A DNA stretch of 64,000 nt. It comes from Eledone cirrhosa. Lineage: Eukaryota. Each line of letters begins with the position of its first letter. The stretch's first letter is position 1. A program made the position numbers and the translations under genes. The notes beneath the pieces were generated by a model that worked only from the letters and a program-made list of their open reading frames with translations, was not told where the DNA came from and did no database searches. The stretch spans positions 168,454,001 to 168,518,000 of the forward strand of contig OZ024740.1 in the NCBI GenBank assembly GCA_964016885.1, given 5' to 3'. Of the stretch, positions 13,161 through 23,211 are shown one piece after another.

Positions 13161-13657
13161 ACTTATGTTGCCAATAGATGGTATCAGAGTGCCAGACAGA
13201 AATTTTGCAGTATTTATGAGTTCAAATCATGTTATGGTTGTCTTTGACTTCCATCCTTTCAAGGTTGATAAATTACTTGTCTTGTTGTAGGGTCAGTCTC
13301 CCTCTCACTCTCTCTCTCTCAACTACATTACTCTGTGAGAAGGATTATGGAAGGCCACTTGTTGAACCAGTTACTGTAGGATCCTACTCACCACTCTTTT
13401 CTCCAGACAGGAGGCAACTAAAACTGTCCAAAGATCACCCCCTGTGTACAAGCACAACATGAAACAATCTAAGACATTGCTTATACTTTTAATAAAATTA
13501 CAATTGTTACAATAATTCACTATTTCACTATAGCTTCAGGTACTGAACCTAGTGAAAATAAACTAATTTAATTATTGATTAAAGATTATTGCTATGTACC
13601 AGATTCCTGATTAAATTCTTATAAGTTCAAATCAAGTTATTATTATGGCATGAAGCA

Positions 13658-13880
13658 GGGCAGTGGATTGGCAGTATTGGTAGAGGGTCGGACACCATGC
13701 TTTGCAACATAGAGTTTCAGCCTTTTATGATCTGAGTTCAAATCCCACTTAGGTTAACTTTGCCTTTCATCCTTACAGGGTTGGTAAAATAAAGTACCAG
13801 TCACACTCTGGGGTCGATTTAATCGACTTTCCCCTCCTCCCAAATTGCTGGCCTTGTGCCCTTATAAGAAACCATTATTA
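13658..13880 (+). mobile_element. tRNA-derived SINE with Meta domain
   Basis: A box TGGCAGTATTGG, B box GAGTTCAAATCC, central gcctttcatcc..ggtaaaataaagtacc, and (ATT) tail. Confidence 0.8.
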
Positions 13881-13902
13881 TAGCATGAAGCATATATAGC
13901 TG

Positions 13903-14230
13903 CAAGCATGGCTGTGTGGTTAAGGAATTTGCTTTGCAACCACATGATTTGGGGGTTCAATCCCACTGCATGGCATATTGGGCAAGTGTCTTCTGCTATA
14001 GCCTTGTGTTGACCAATACCTTAGTGAAATACGATTGTCATAAACTGTACAGAAGCCCGACATATATATCTGCTTGTTTATGTCCTGTAAAATAGCAGTT
14101 CAACAAATAGAGATTGATAAAGTAAATACCAGTCTTGAAGAAATAAGCCCTGGGGTCAATATAATCAGCTAAACCCTTAAAGGTGTGTCTCAACAAGATT
14201 GCAATCGAATGATTGAAACCAATAAAAAAA
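13903..14230 (+). mobile_element. tRNA-derived SINE (second family)
   Basis: TGGCTGTGTGG / GGTTCAATCCC boxes, gggcaagtgtctt core, gattgaaaccaataaaa end. Confidence 0.65.
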
Positions 14231-14928
14231 GTTATTCCAGGCGTCTTTTCTCATGTTGCTGCAGGTAGACTCCCTTTAACTTAATTAGTCAGTTGTGAAG
14301 AAAATTAGCATTACTCTATATTTACTATTGTATTTTCACGGTAAAGTCTTTACCTCTCATAATTATCTCACATAATATGGAATCTATGAGATTTTGATAT
14401 TATTTATTTGGAGAACAATACCTTAACATCAGTATGAGTGGATGGTTATAGCTGATTTGAACAGAAAGAGGTGAGAGAATTCTAGCTGGATACAGCTGGT
14501 TTAAATGCTAAAAGGTTAAAAATGGTGAGATAGAAGTATAGTGCTGCACAGTTAGGTACATAGCTATTTAAGTCTTAACATCCTGTAATTATTTAGCAGG
14601 AAATATTTAAAAACTGATTTGTTAATTCAAATGTTTATAGTATATTCACTAATTGACAGAAAGTTGTGAAAATTTTCAGTAAAGTAAAGACTTTAGTTTT
14701 TAATGTGTTGCAGTCAATGCTGTTATGTACTTTTGAAGAATGCTTTGTTAAGGTGGTTTTATATAATATGGGATGTTAAGAGTTAATCAGAAAAAGGAGG
14801 AATATGAATATGAATTTTGTCTATCAATTTATTAGATATGATTATGAACCTCTCTAGATCACTGGTTCCCAAAAATTTTTACTCACACCATACTTATAAC
14901 GTATAAAGCTATTTTGATACACTTTTAG

Positions 14929-15307
14929 TGTTCTGCCAGACCCAGGGTTATTTACTCGAGTAAATGTCACCGGAATCTAACTACTAATTTTTGTAAAGAA
15001 AAGGATAAGATATTTTACAAAACACCATATCGAATATAAGTCTTTATTTTTATTGTAGCTCCATGTTATAATTGTTGTACACAAATATTCTCGTACATAA
15101 TTAGGTATAGTCCAGATCCATGATAGGTGGTTAGAGAAAAGTTAACATGTTTGTCTTCAGTGTTGTCGGTTCGAAGGAAGCCGCCAAAAGAGAGAGAGCC
15201 TTACTGCGTTGCCGCTATTTATATCCTCTTTCCGGAAGTTCCAAAGAGGGTTCTAGACTTTCGACGGGAAGTAACTCTAGCTACTTCCCTGTCTAGAGAG
15301 CGCTACA
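14929..15307 (-). mobile_element. Solo LTR (379 bp)
   Basis: Minus strand begins TGTAGCG and ends AGAACA, with a TATAAATAG box and downstream AATAAA. CpG-richer than its flanks. Confidence 0.7.
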
Positions 15308-15729
15308 CACTTTCAGTATTATGAAAAAATGTATTTCGAAAATGCTATTTACCTTTTTTTTAGTATAAAAATGTTTAAATAATCCAAGTCACTGAGTTTG
15401 ATTGGTATGTTTACAGTTATTATTATGTTAATCCTTTAAACATGAGCAGCCAAATTTACAAGCCATGACATTACTGCACCCACACTACAAATAGCCAATC
15501 TATTAGCCACCAAGTGTCCCAGCCTAAAAAACAAATCACTGAGCAATTGCTAAGCCAATAAAAGGTCTCATTTCATATAAACAACAGCTCATATAATCAA
15601 GAGTAGTATGTTTGTGTGAATTTTTCCAATTTTTATGGTCTAAGTTACAAAAAGAAAAAAGGTTTTACCGGCAGAAAATAATTTTTGGTGGTGAAACTTT
15701 TTACAGAATTCCATAGAGTACGTAGCTTG

Positions 15730-16045
15730 GACATCAGAAAGTCACTGCCGGTAGAGCTGCTACTTCTCCAAATTTAGAGAGCACAGTTCTGATATTATGG
15801 GCATATGGTTAGAATGTCTCAGGAAAGAATCACTAAACAGATTTTATGGGCAAAACCAACCGGCAAGAGACCCAGAGATAGCAGTTGAGCAAGATGGTTG
15901 GATAAAATCCATGAGCTCGACTGGTCTTGCTTGGGGATCTAGCCAGATCAATTGGAGATGGTTGCTTCTGACATGACCCACTGGAAGGTGTGTTTGAGAA
16001 CTCTGCCCCCATGCTCCTCTCAGGAATAAGTGAGCAAAGAAGAAT
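15730..16045 (+). mobile_element. RTE-like LINE 3' end (AAG-tail family)
   Basis: Homologous to 6190-6570. Confidence 0.7.
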
Positions 16046-17159
16046 TTTGATCAAGAATTTAGTATAGAGGCTGCAAAACATTCAGGAGTTTGGCAGTCAA
16101 AGGGTGAAGACATTAATTTGGTATTTCAACTTATGTTTTTTTACATTTTTAGAAATACAAATCCATTACTTTGGCAGCATACCATATAAGAATCACTGCT
16201 TTAAATGCACAGGCAAAATTACACAATGAGTTTTAAAATGGCAGGATATCAAGAGTTTTTTATAAGGTGCACAGAAATGGATTTATATACATGTTACATG
16301 ATAGCTACAAAAATGTGATTTGATGACTTCAGACTAATGAAGATTTGGAAGAGAAGTAGTTACATCATATCAAAATAAGAGAATAGATTCAGATGTATGA
16401 AAATATTATTAAACATAATGGCGGTGCCCCAGCCTGTTGGCAGAAACACGTAATAGAGTAATAATCAAAATAAATCATCAGTATAATGTTGTTTTTTTTA
16501 AATAAATATTAAACAAAGGTCATTCCAATTATGATTGACCCTTTCATACAAATTTCTGATCTTTTGAAAATATAAAAAATCAATATATTTTGGCTTCTCT
16601 AACAAGTGCTGTGGGACAGAGATGTGTTTGTGGCATGTTAAGTTCATGGCATGATTTCAATTCCTGATTGAGATCATTTTACTTCATTTATAATGCTAAT
16701 TTTCTTGAGAAAATAATGTACATAATTCTTCATAGACATAATTTTAAGATGATGTTTGGAGTATAACTTAACAAAAAGGTCTTAGGTAAAATTATGATGG
16801 GAGGCTTTAATTTAAAAATAAAGACTTCAAAACCAAACATTTTGTCATAAAACCAAGGTTATTTCAGGCAGATTAGTATCAAAGGGTTTAATATCCTTTT
16901 ATAAAAAAATATGAACATCACTCTTCCTAATTTTTCTTTTATCCAAAAATAAAGAGTCATTAAATCAAATCAAAAGTATTTAATATTTAACTTTACATTA
17001 TATTTCTCTCAAATGGAAATGAGCATTGAAAAAGTGTATCTCTTAATGTAACACTTGTTAATGACAACACTCCACCAAGCTGAAAGATATAGTTGAAGTA
17101 TGGTTTAGTTACAGCTGGGCTGACTGAAAACAAAAATAAATAAATAAAACTGAAACCTG

Positions 17160-17780
17160 ATTACAGAGAAATGGAATATGCGATTGACCTAGTTCTCATA
17201 GTAGAATCTGTTAAAGATTTAGAGAATAAATTCCAAACTTGGAAGCAAAACTTAGAATTGAATGCCTTTAAAGTAAATCCAGTTAAGACTAAAGTTTAAA
17301 ATTGCTGGAAAGAGATAAGACTCTACTGTCATCAGGAAAATGACCATGCTCAATATTCAGAAAAGATGTAAGTAGGAATTCCATATAATGACAGAAAAGA
17401 TAGACTCTGTGTGTAACAGATGTACAGGAGTAGTTAGCAATAAGAGTACACATAATACAGATTCCTTTAAAAGCTTGGAAGGCTCCCTAGAAGTAGCGCA
17501 TGGCTTTTGTTAACTAGGTGACCCAATTAACAGCAAAGATGGGTGTTTTGAAAGCATAGTTTGCAGTGAAAAAATTCAGGGAGCTTTTGCATTTGTTGGC
17601 AACAAAGTGTTTTTCTCTTAGTATGAAGTGCAGTTGGAATTGATGCTTGTGTAAAAAGTGTGATGCTGCATGGTAGCAAAACATGAGTGTTAAATGCAAA
17701 AGGTATGTAATGGTGGGGAAGAAACGTGATTATGGAGGTATATTGCTTGTGTGCATGAAGTTAGAGTACAAATGAGCAGA
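17160..17780 (+). mobile_element. Old degenerate RTE fragment (RT/PHD region)
   Basis: Homologous to about 55900-56560 (aaattccaaacttggaagcaa, tgctgcatggtagc). Confidence 0.65.
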
Positions 17781-18884
17781 ATTTAAAAGTCGCTGGAATA
17801 ATCACAAATGCTCTTTCCAAAGATTTGATAAAAAATCTTCAACTTCTCTTTCAAACTTGATATGGAACTTAAAATGCAAAAATATTGACTATTCATTAAC
17901 TTGGGAAATAATTTCAAGGCACCTGCGTACTGAAACACAGCTTTATCTAGATTCTGCAAATTGTGTGTGGGGGAAATTGTTTTCATACTTAAATGTAAGA
18001 ACTCTATTAATCTAAGAACGAATTTATTTAATTCTTGTAGACATCGCCTGAATTCAACATTTAGAACTGTATATAAATTATAATTACACTTATAATATTT
18101 CTACTTATTTCCATAACAATCTTATCCACTTGGTTTTAATATATTGATATCTCTAAATCATATCTATAAATTTGCTATAATTTCACTTCTTAAAGTTTCA
18201 TAAAATATATACATATATAATTCTGTTTTTTTAAATTATAATTTTAATTTTAATTTTAATTTTAATTTTAATCTTAATAATTTTTAATTCGTTATTTTTT
18301 ACTTTTTTATTTCTTTAATTTTTTAATTTTTTATCTCTTTTTTAAAAATTACTTTTTTTTTTTTAAATTACTTATCTCTTATAAATTATTTTTTAAAAAC
18401 ATTTTCTCAAATTTTTTATATTTTTTCAATAATTTTATTAGATTTATAACCCCTAACTAATTCTGGCTAAATATATCTTTAAACATTTATACTTATTTTG
18501 ACAAAATAGTCTCATACTAACGAATAAATAAACTAAACTGGAATTTTTCCGTATCTTCCCATTTTAAAATATATAAATATAAATATTCTTATTAACTCAG
18601 TTAATTTAATTTAATTTAACTTAATATTTACTTACATTAAATATAAAACCAATATCCCTCATAACTCATTAAAACAATCATCTATAACATGATATACTCA
18701 TCTATTCATTTATCTATTTATTTATTTATTTATTTATCTACTTATAACAGAAAATATTATATTAGAAACGAATTTTAAACAACTAATAAGCGTAAATACA
18801 CGTACTATTAGATATATACTTAGAATATATTTCCCCCAAATTAACGTTTTATTCATCCTATCTTGTCTATTTCTTCTCTCTATC

Positions 18885-19018
18885 TCTCTCGTATTGTTTA
18901 TCTTTATCCCCTTATATTTTTTCTCTCTCGTAATATTGTTTATCTTTATCCCTTTATATTTTTTTCTCTCTCGTAATATTGTTTATCTTTATCCCCTTAT
19001 ATTTTTTTCTCTCTCTCT
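18885..19018. repeat. About 45-bp tandem repeat, three copies
   Basis: tctctctcgtaatattgtttatctttatccccttatatttttt repeated three times. Confidence 0.8.
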
Positions 19019-19176
19019 TTCTCCAGTGTCATTTAAATAAACTGTTGTTTTTTTAAATATTTACATATTCACACATAAGTTTGAATAATCCCTAATATAT
19101 TTCCACTATCCAGTGAATTTCCAACCGATAAGGTATGATTTTCATGGGTATGTGTCTATCTATAAAACAAACTTTG

Positions 19177-19240
19177 TATTTCATCTGATGAAAGCGTATC
19201 AATGTTGTCTTGGTACCCTTGAAATATATATAATAAAATA
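19177..19240 (+). ncRNA. Minimal type-I hammerhead ribozyme
   Basis: tatttcat-CTGATGA-aagcgtatc..ggtaccctt-GAA-atatatat-A-ataaaata, one mismatch in stem I. Confidence 0.65.
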
Positions 19241-19328
19241 AATATGGTTTTATAAATATAGTTTCCATTTATTTAATATACATATATATATATATATATA
19301 TAAATTAGAATTGTTGCTCTGAAATAGC

Positions 19329-19768
19329 TATATATATATGAATGTATATATAGTGTATTTTGCAATACATTGTATGCTTAATAAAAAGCATTTTGAAGAC
19401 CTTATGCTATTGTTTTAGAGTAGTTACAGACTCACTTACTTTAATTTCAGCAAACAGGGGGAGATAAAGCTGACAAGGCCTTGTTTCTGCATTTAATTTC
19501 TGCTTGACCGGCAACCGCTCTGTATAATCAGTTCCTGATTATTTACTAGAATTCTATAAGAACCAAAACATCCAGGTTCTCAGCAAACGGGAGGAGTAGT
19601 TGGCTTTGAGAAGCATCAATAAATGCAGAAACAAGGCCTTGTCAGCTTTTTCTCCCCCTGTTTGCTGAAATTAAAGTAAGTGAGTCTGTCACTACTCTAA
19701 AACAATAGCATAAGGTCTTCAAAATGCTTTTTATTAAGCATTTTATTGCAAAATACACTATATATACA

Positions 19769-19790
<22 letters not shown>
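19329..19790. repeat. Inverted repeat, about 165-bp arms and 125-bp spacer
   Basis: 19329-19495 is the near-perfect reverse complement of 19620-19790. Confidence 0.9.
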
Positions 19791-19806
<16 letters not shown>

Positions 19807-19816
19807 TACATCTTAT

Positions 19817-20100
19817 GAATGTATGTATAATATATTTGATAATATACTGTATGTTTAGTTTAAAACATTTTGAAGACCATTTGTTATTAATTTTAAAGTA
19901 GAGACCATGTCACTTACTTATTCTCAGCAAAAACAAAGAGGGCTTTGGCGAGAATAAGTAAGAGACATAGTCACAACTTTAAAATTCATAGCGAATGGTC
20001 TTCAAAATGTTTTTAATTACACATACAGTAAATTATCAAATATACTATACACACATTTATATATACATCACTATTTCAGAGCACCAATACTAATACCATA
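19817..20100. repeat. Second related inverted repeat (about 65-bp arms)
   Basis: aaaacattttgaagaccatt / aatggtcttcaaaatgtttt arms; same family as 19303-19790. Confidence 0.75.
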
Positions 20101-20189
20101 TATATTTATATATATGTATGCTTGTGTGTGTGTCAGAAGTAGCAACTAAAAGTGTTAGTATGTACATATACATATGCATATATATCTAA

Positions 20190-20469
20190 AAAGTCTAAAG
20201 TCTGTCTTAAGCCAGAAGGCTCTTTTGGCCGGTGCTTATCCCGGTTTCATGGCGTGAAGCGACTGAGAGTACAAGACTTCCTCCTGGACAGGGCGCCAGT
20301 CCATCGCAGGGTTAAATCCCCAGCTATTGCTTGTGTTCATTTTCAGGTGAGTATACTGGAGCAACATGAAATGAAGTGTTTTGCTCAAGAACATGACACA
20401 CAACCCAGGAATCGAACGCGTGACATTATGATCGTAAGTCCAAAACCCTTACCACTAGGCCACTTGCTT

Positions 20470-20470
<1 letters not shown>
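20190..20470 (-). mobile_element. tRNA-derived SINE (third family)
   Basis: Minus strand TGGCCTAGTGG and GTTCGATTCC boxes, ttgagcaaaacactt core, gcgatggactggc...gaaaccgggataagc body. Partial copies at 39900-39995 and 43650-43760. Confidence 0.75.
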
Positions 20471-20560
<90 letters not shown>

Positions 20561-20562
<2 letters not shown>

Positions 20563-20859
20563 CACATGGCTAAGTGGCTAGAGCATTGGCCTTGCAATTG
20601 AAAGGTTGTGAGTTCAATTCTCAGACACTTTATTTCACATTGCTCCAGTTTATTCAGCTGTAGAAATGAGATGATAGGGACTGGGGTCCATATCATTCCA
20701 CTGCAAAGTGGTCGTGGAGGTGCCACGGCAAAAAACCACCTAGCACTCACTGTAGATGAGGTTGGTGTTAGGAAGGGAATCCAGCTGTAGAAATCAAGCC
20801 AGAATCAGTTCCCGTCCCACCCTTGCAAGCAGGGAAAAGTGGACGTAAAATGATAATGA

Positions 20860-20863
<4 letters not shown>
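20561..20863 (+). mobile_element. tRNA-head SINE with RTE 3' tail
   Basis: TGGCTAAGTGG / GAGTTCAATTC boxes joined to the RTE hairpin motif and GAT tail. A longer copy is at 57669-58080. Confidence 0.8.
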
Positions 20864-20892
<29 letters not shown>

Positions 20893-21026
20893 TAGAAGGA
20901 ATATTTAGTTTGTTGGAAGTCCGACAAATATAAATATTTATAACTGATTTAGAACACTCAACAGTTTATTGGAGTAAATATTCAATGATATTAAATAAAT
21001 GGAAATTATATTTATAAAACCATATA

Positions 21027-21089
21027 TATTCTATTATATATATTTCAAGGGTACCAAGACATATTGTTACGCTTTCATCAGATAAAATA
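21027..21089 (-). ncRNA. Minimal type-I hammerhead ribozyme (minus strand)
   Basis: Reverse complement TATTTTAT-CTGATGA-AAGCGTAAC..GGTACCCTT-GAA-ATATATAT-A-ATAGAATA. Confidence 0.7.
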
Positions 21090-21168
21090 CAAAGTTTGTT
21101 TTGTGTGAATTTCCAACCGATAAGGTATGATTTTCATGGGTATGTCTCTATTTATAAAACAAACTTTG

Positions 21169-21231
21169 TATTTTATCTGATGAAAGCGTACCAATATGTC
21201 TTGGTACCCTTGAAATATATATAATAGAATA
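21169..21231 (+). ncRNA. Minimal type-I hammerhead ribozyme
   Basis: Stem I TATTTTAT/ATAGAATA (8 bp, one GU). Core CTGATGA at 21177-21183. Stem II aagcgtacc/ggtaccctt (8 of 9). GAA, palindromic stem III ATATATAT, predicted AUA cut after 21223. Confidence 0.75.
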
Positions 21232-21689
21232 AATATGGTTTTATAAATATAGTTTCCATTTATTTAATATCATTGTATATATATATATATACACACATAT
21301 ATATATACATAAGTGTATATACACCAGAGATTTTCAGGTTTCAACATCAGGTAATATGAGAATGAAAGGGAAAATCATCAAGATCATTAGAGTTTGTCAT
21401 TGGATTTATTGCAAAATATACATTATAATGAGCATGAACAATGGCAATGGATATATGAGTGTGTGTGTGTGATTGTGTGTGTGTGTGTGTGTGTAAAAGT
21501 ATCAAAAGATGTAACTATAGGATATAAGATTACATAAGATGATGATTATGAGGAAGAGTAGCAGGATGAGGATAGAAATGATAATAGTGTTGAAGATGAT
21601 GAGACCCATCATCATCATCATCACCACCAAGTCTTCTAAAGCTTATATAATTGCTTACAAAAACACTGACAATATACAATACTCATATT

Positions 21690-22540
21690 TTCCGTCAGGG
21701 AAATGGCCATATTCGATATACAGAAAAGGAACTGGCATAAATTCTATAAAATGCACACAATGCAGATCCTGGCTACACAAGAGATGTAGTGGGATAGCAG
21801 GCATACTAACAGGCAGGGAGAAATACGTATGCAGTAGATGTACAGGGAAATTAGACAGTAGAAGTCACATTGATAGACACATTTTTCAAATGCAGGCTAG
21901 TGCTATAGAAGTGGTGGATAGCTTCCGGTACCTAGGATTAGCATGGGAGAGGGGTGTTCCGAGGCCATAGTATCTAGAATAAGGATGGGTTGGAAGAAGT
22001 TTAGGGAGTTGCTTCCTCTGCTGACGAAGAAAGTTTTCTCCCTGCGTACGAAAGGCCAGTTATATGATGCCTGTGTGAGGAGCGTGATGCTGCATGGTAG
22101 TGAGACATGGGCAGCAACTGCAGAGGATATGTGACGGATGGAGAGAAATGAGGCAAGCATGCTCCGTTGGATGTGCAATGTCAATGTGCGTGAACGACCC
22201 AGCATAGATGTGTTGAGAGAGAAACTGTGTCTGAGAGGGATAGAATGTAGTGTGCGAGAGAGGAGACTGCGGTGGTATGGACATGTGCTGCGTGTGGAAA
22301 ATGACCGATGGGTGAAGAAGTGCCAGGAAATGCCAATTGAAGGAAGGCGTGGTAGAGGTAGACCACGAAAAACATGGGTGGAGGTGGTGAGAACAGACCT
22401 CAGATCGCTGAAGCTTACAGTGGAGATGACAAAGGACCATGACAGGTGGAGAGATATTGTGCTGAATAAGACCCGTCCCACCCTTGCAAGCAGGGAAAAG
22501 CGGACGTAAAATGATGATGATGATGATGATGATGATGATA
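21690..22540 (+). mobile_element. 5'-truncated RTE LINE (PHD-bearing subfamily)
   Basis: CTQCRSWLHKRC...[31 protein letters not shown], (GAT)n tail. Confidence 0.9.
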
Positions 22541-22767
22541 ATGATATCTCACTTCTCCTTTGTCTTAATCTTCCTGACCCCTCCCACCTCCTTTCTTACA
22601 TCTCCTCTATCACTTTTTTTAAAATTCTCTATATAGAAGAATCTTACCCCTTCTTCCACCTGTAGCTGCATCTTCATTACCTTCCATCTTTATCTTTCTC
22701 TTGGTTTTCTTTCTCATTGTCTCTCTCATCATTATCATTGTTTTTGTCAACATTATTATCATCATCA

Positions 22768-22960
22768 AGGCGGTGGATTGGCAGTATCGGTAGAGGGTCG
22801 GACGCCATGCTTTCCAGCATAGTTACGTCCCTTTACGATCTGAGTTCAAATCCCGCCGAGGTTGACTTTGCCTTTCATCCTTACGGGGTCGATAAAATAA
22901 AGTACCAGTAATGCACTGGGTAATTGCTGACCTTGTGCCTAAAGTAGAAACAATTATTAT
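22768..22960 (+). mobile_element. MetaSINE, well preserved
   Basis: A and B boxes plus gcctttcatccttacggggtcgataaaataaagtacc. Confidence 0.82.
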
Positions 22961-23211
22961 CATCATCAACACTAATAGTACTTTGTCCATTTCCCATCTC
23001 ACACAAAGTTTTGATATCATAAAATGTGTTTATATACATGTATGCATATATACATACGCATGTATGTGTGTGTATATGTAGATGTATAGATAGGTAGAAA
23101 GATGTATAGATAAATAGATAGATAGATACATATACATGCACATCCATCCATGTATACATACACACACACACACACAGATAAATACATAATACATACATAC
23201 ATAAATACATA

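Larger units (their letters stand above)
17820..19280 (+). mobile_element. Penelope-like element 3' part: GIY-YIG C-terminus, AT-rich UTR, pseudo-LTR
   Basis: Frameshifted KKSSTSLS..IWNLKCKNIDYSLTWEIIS.AP.Y...FCKLC..E...SCRH, typical of the PLE endonuclease end. A hammerhead lies near the 3' end. Confidence 0.75.

Noticed and set aside
13658-13750. tRNA genes at A/B-box sequences (also 20561, 22768, 57669, 59060)
   Set aside because: No full cloverleaf; each continues into a SINE body and tail.
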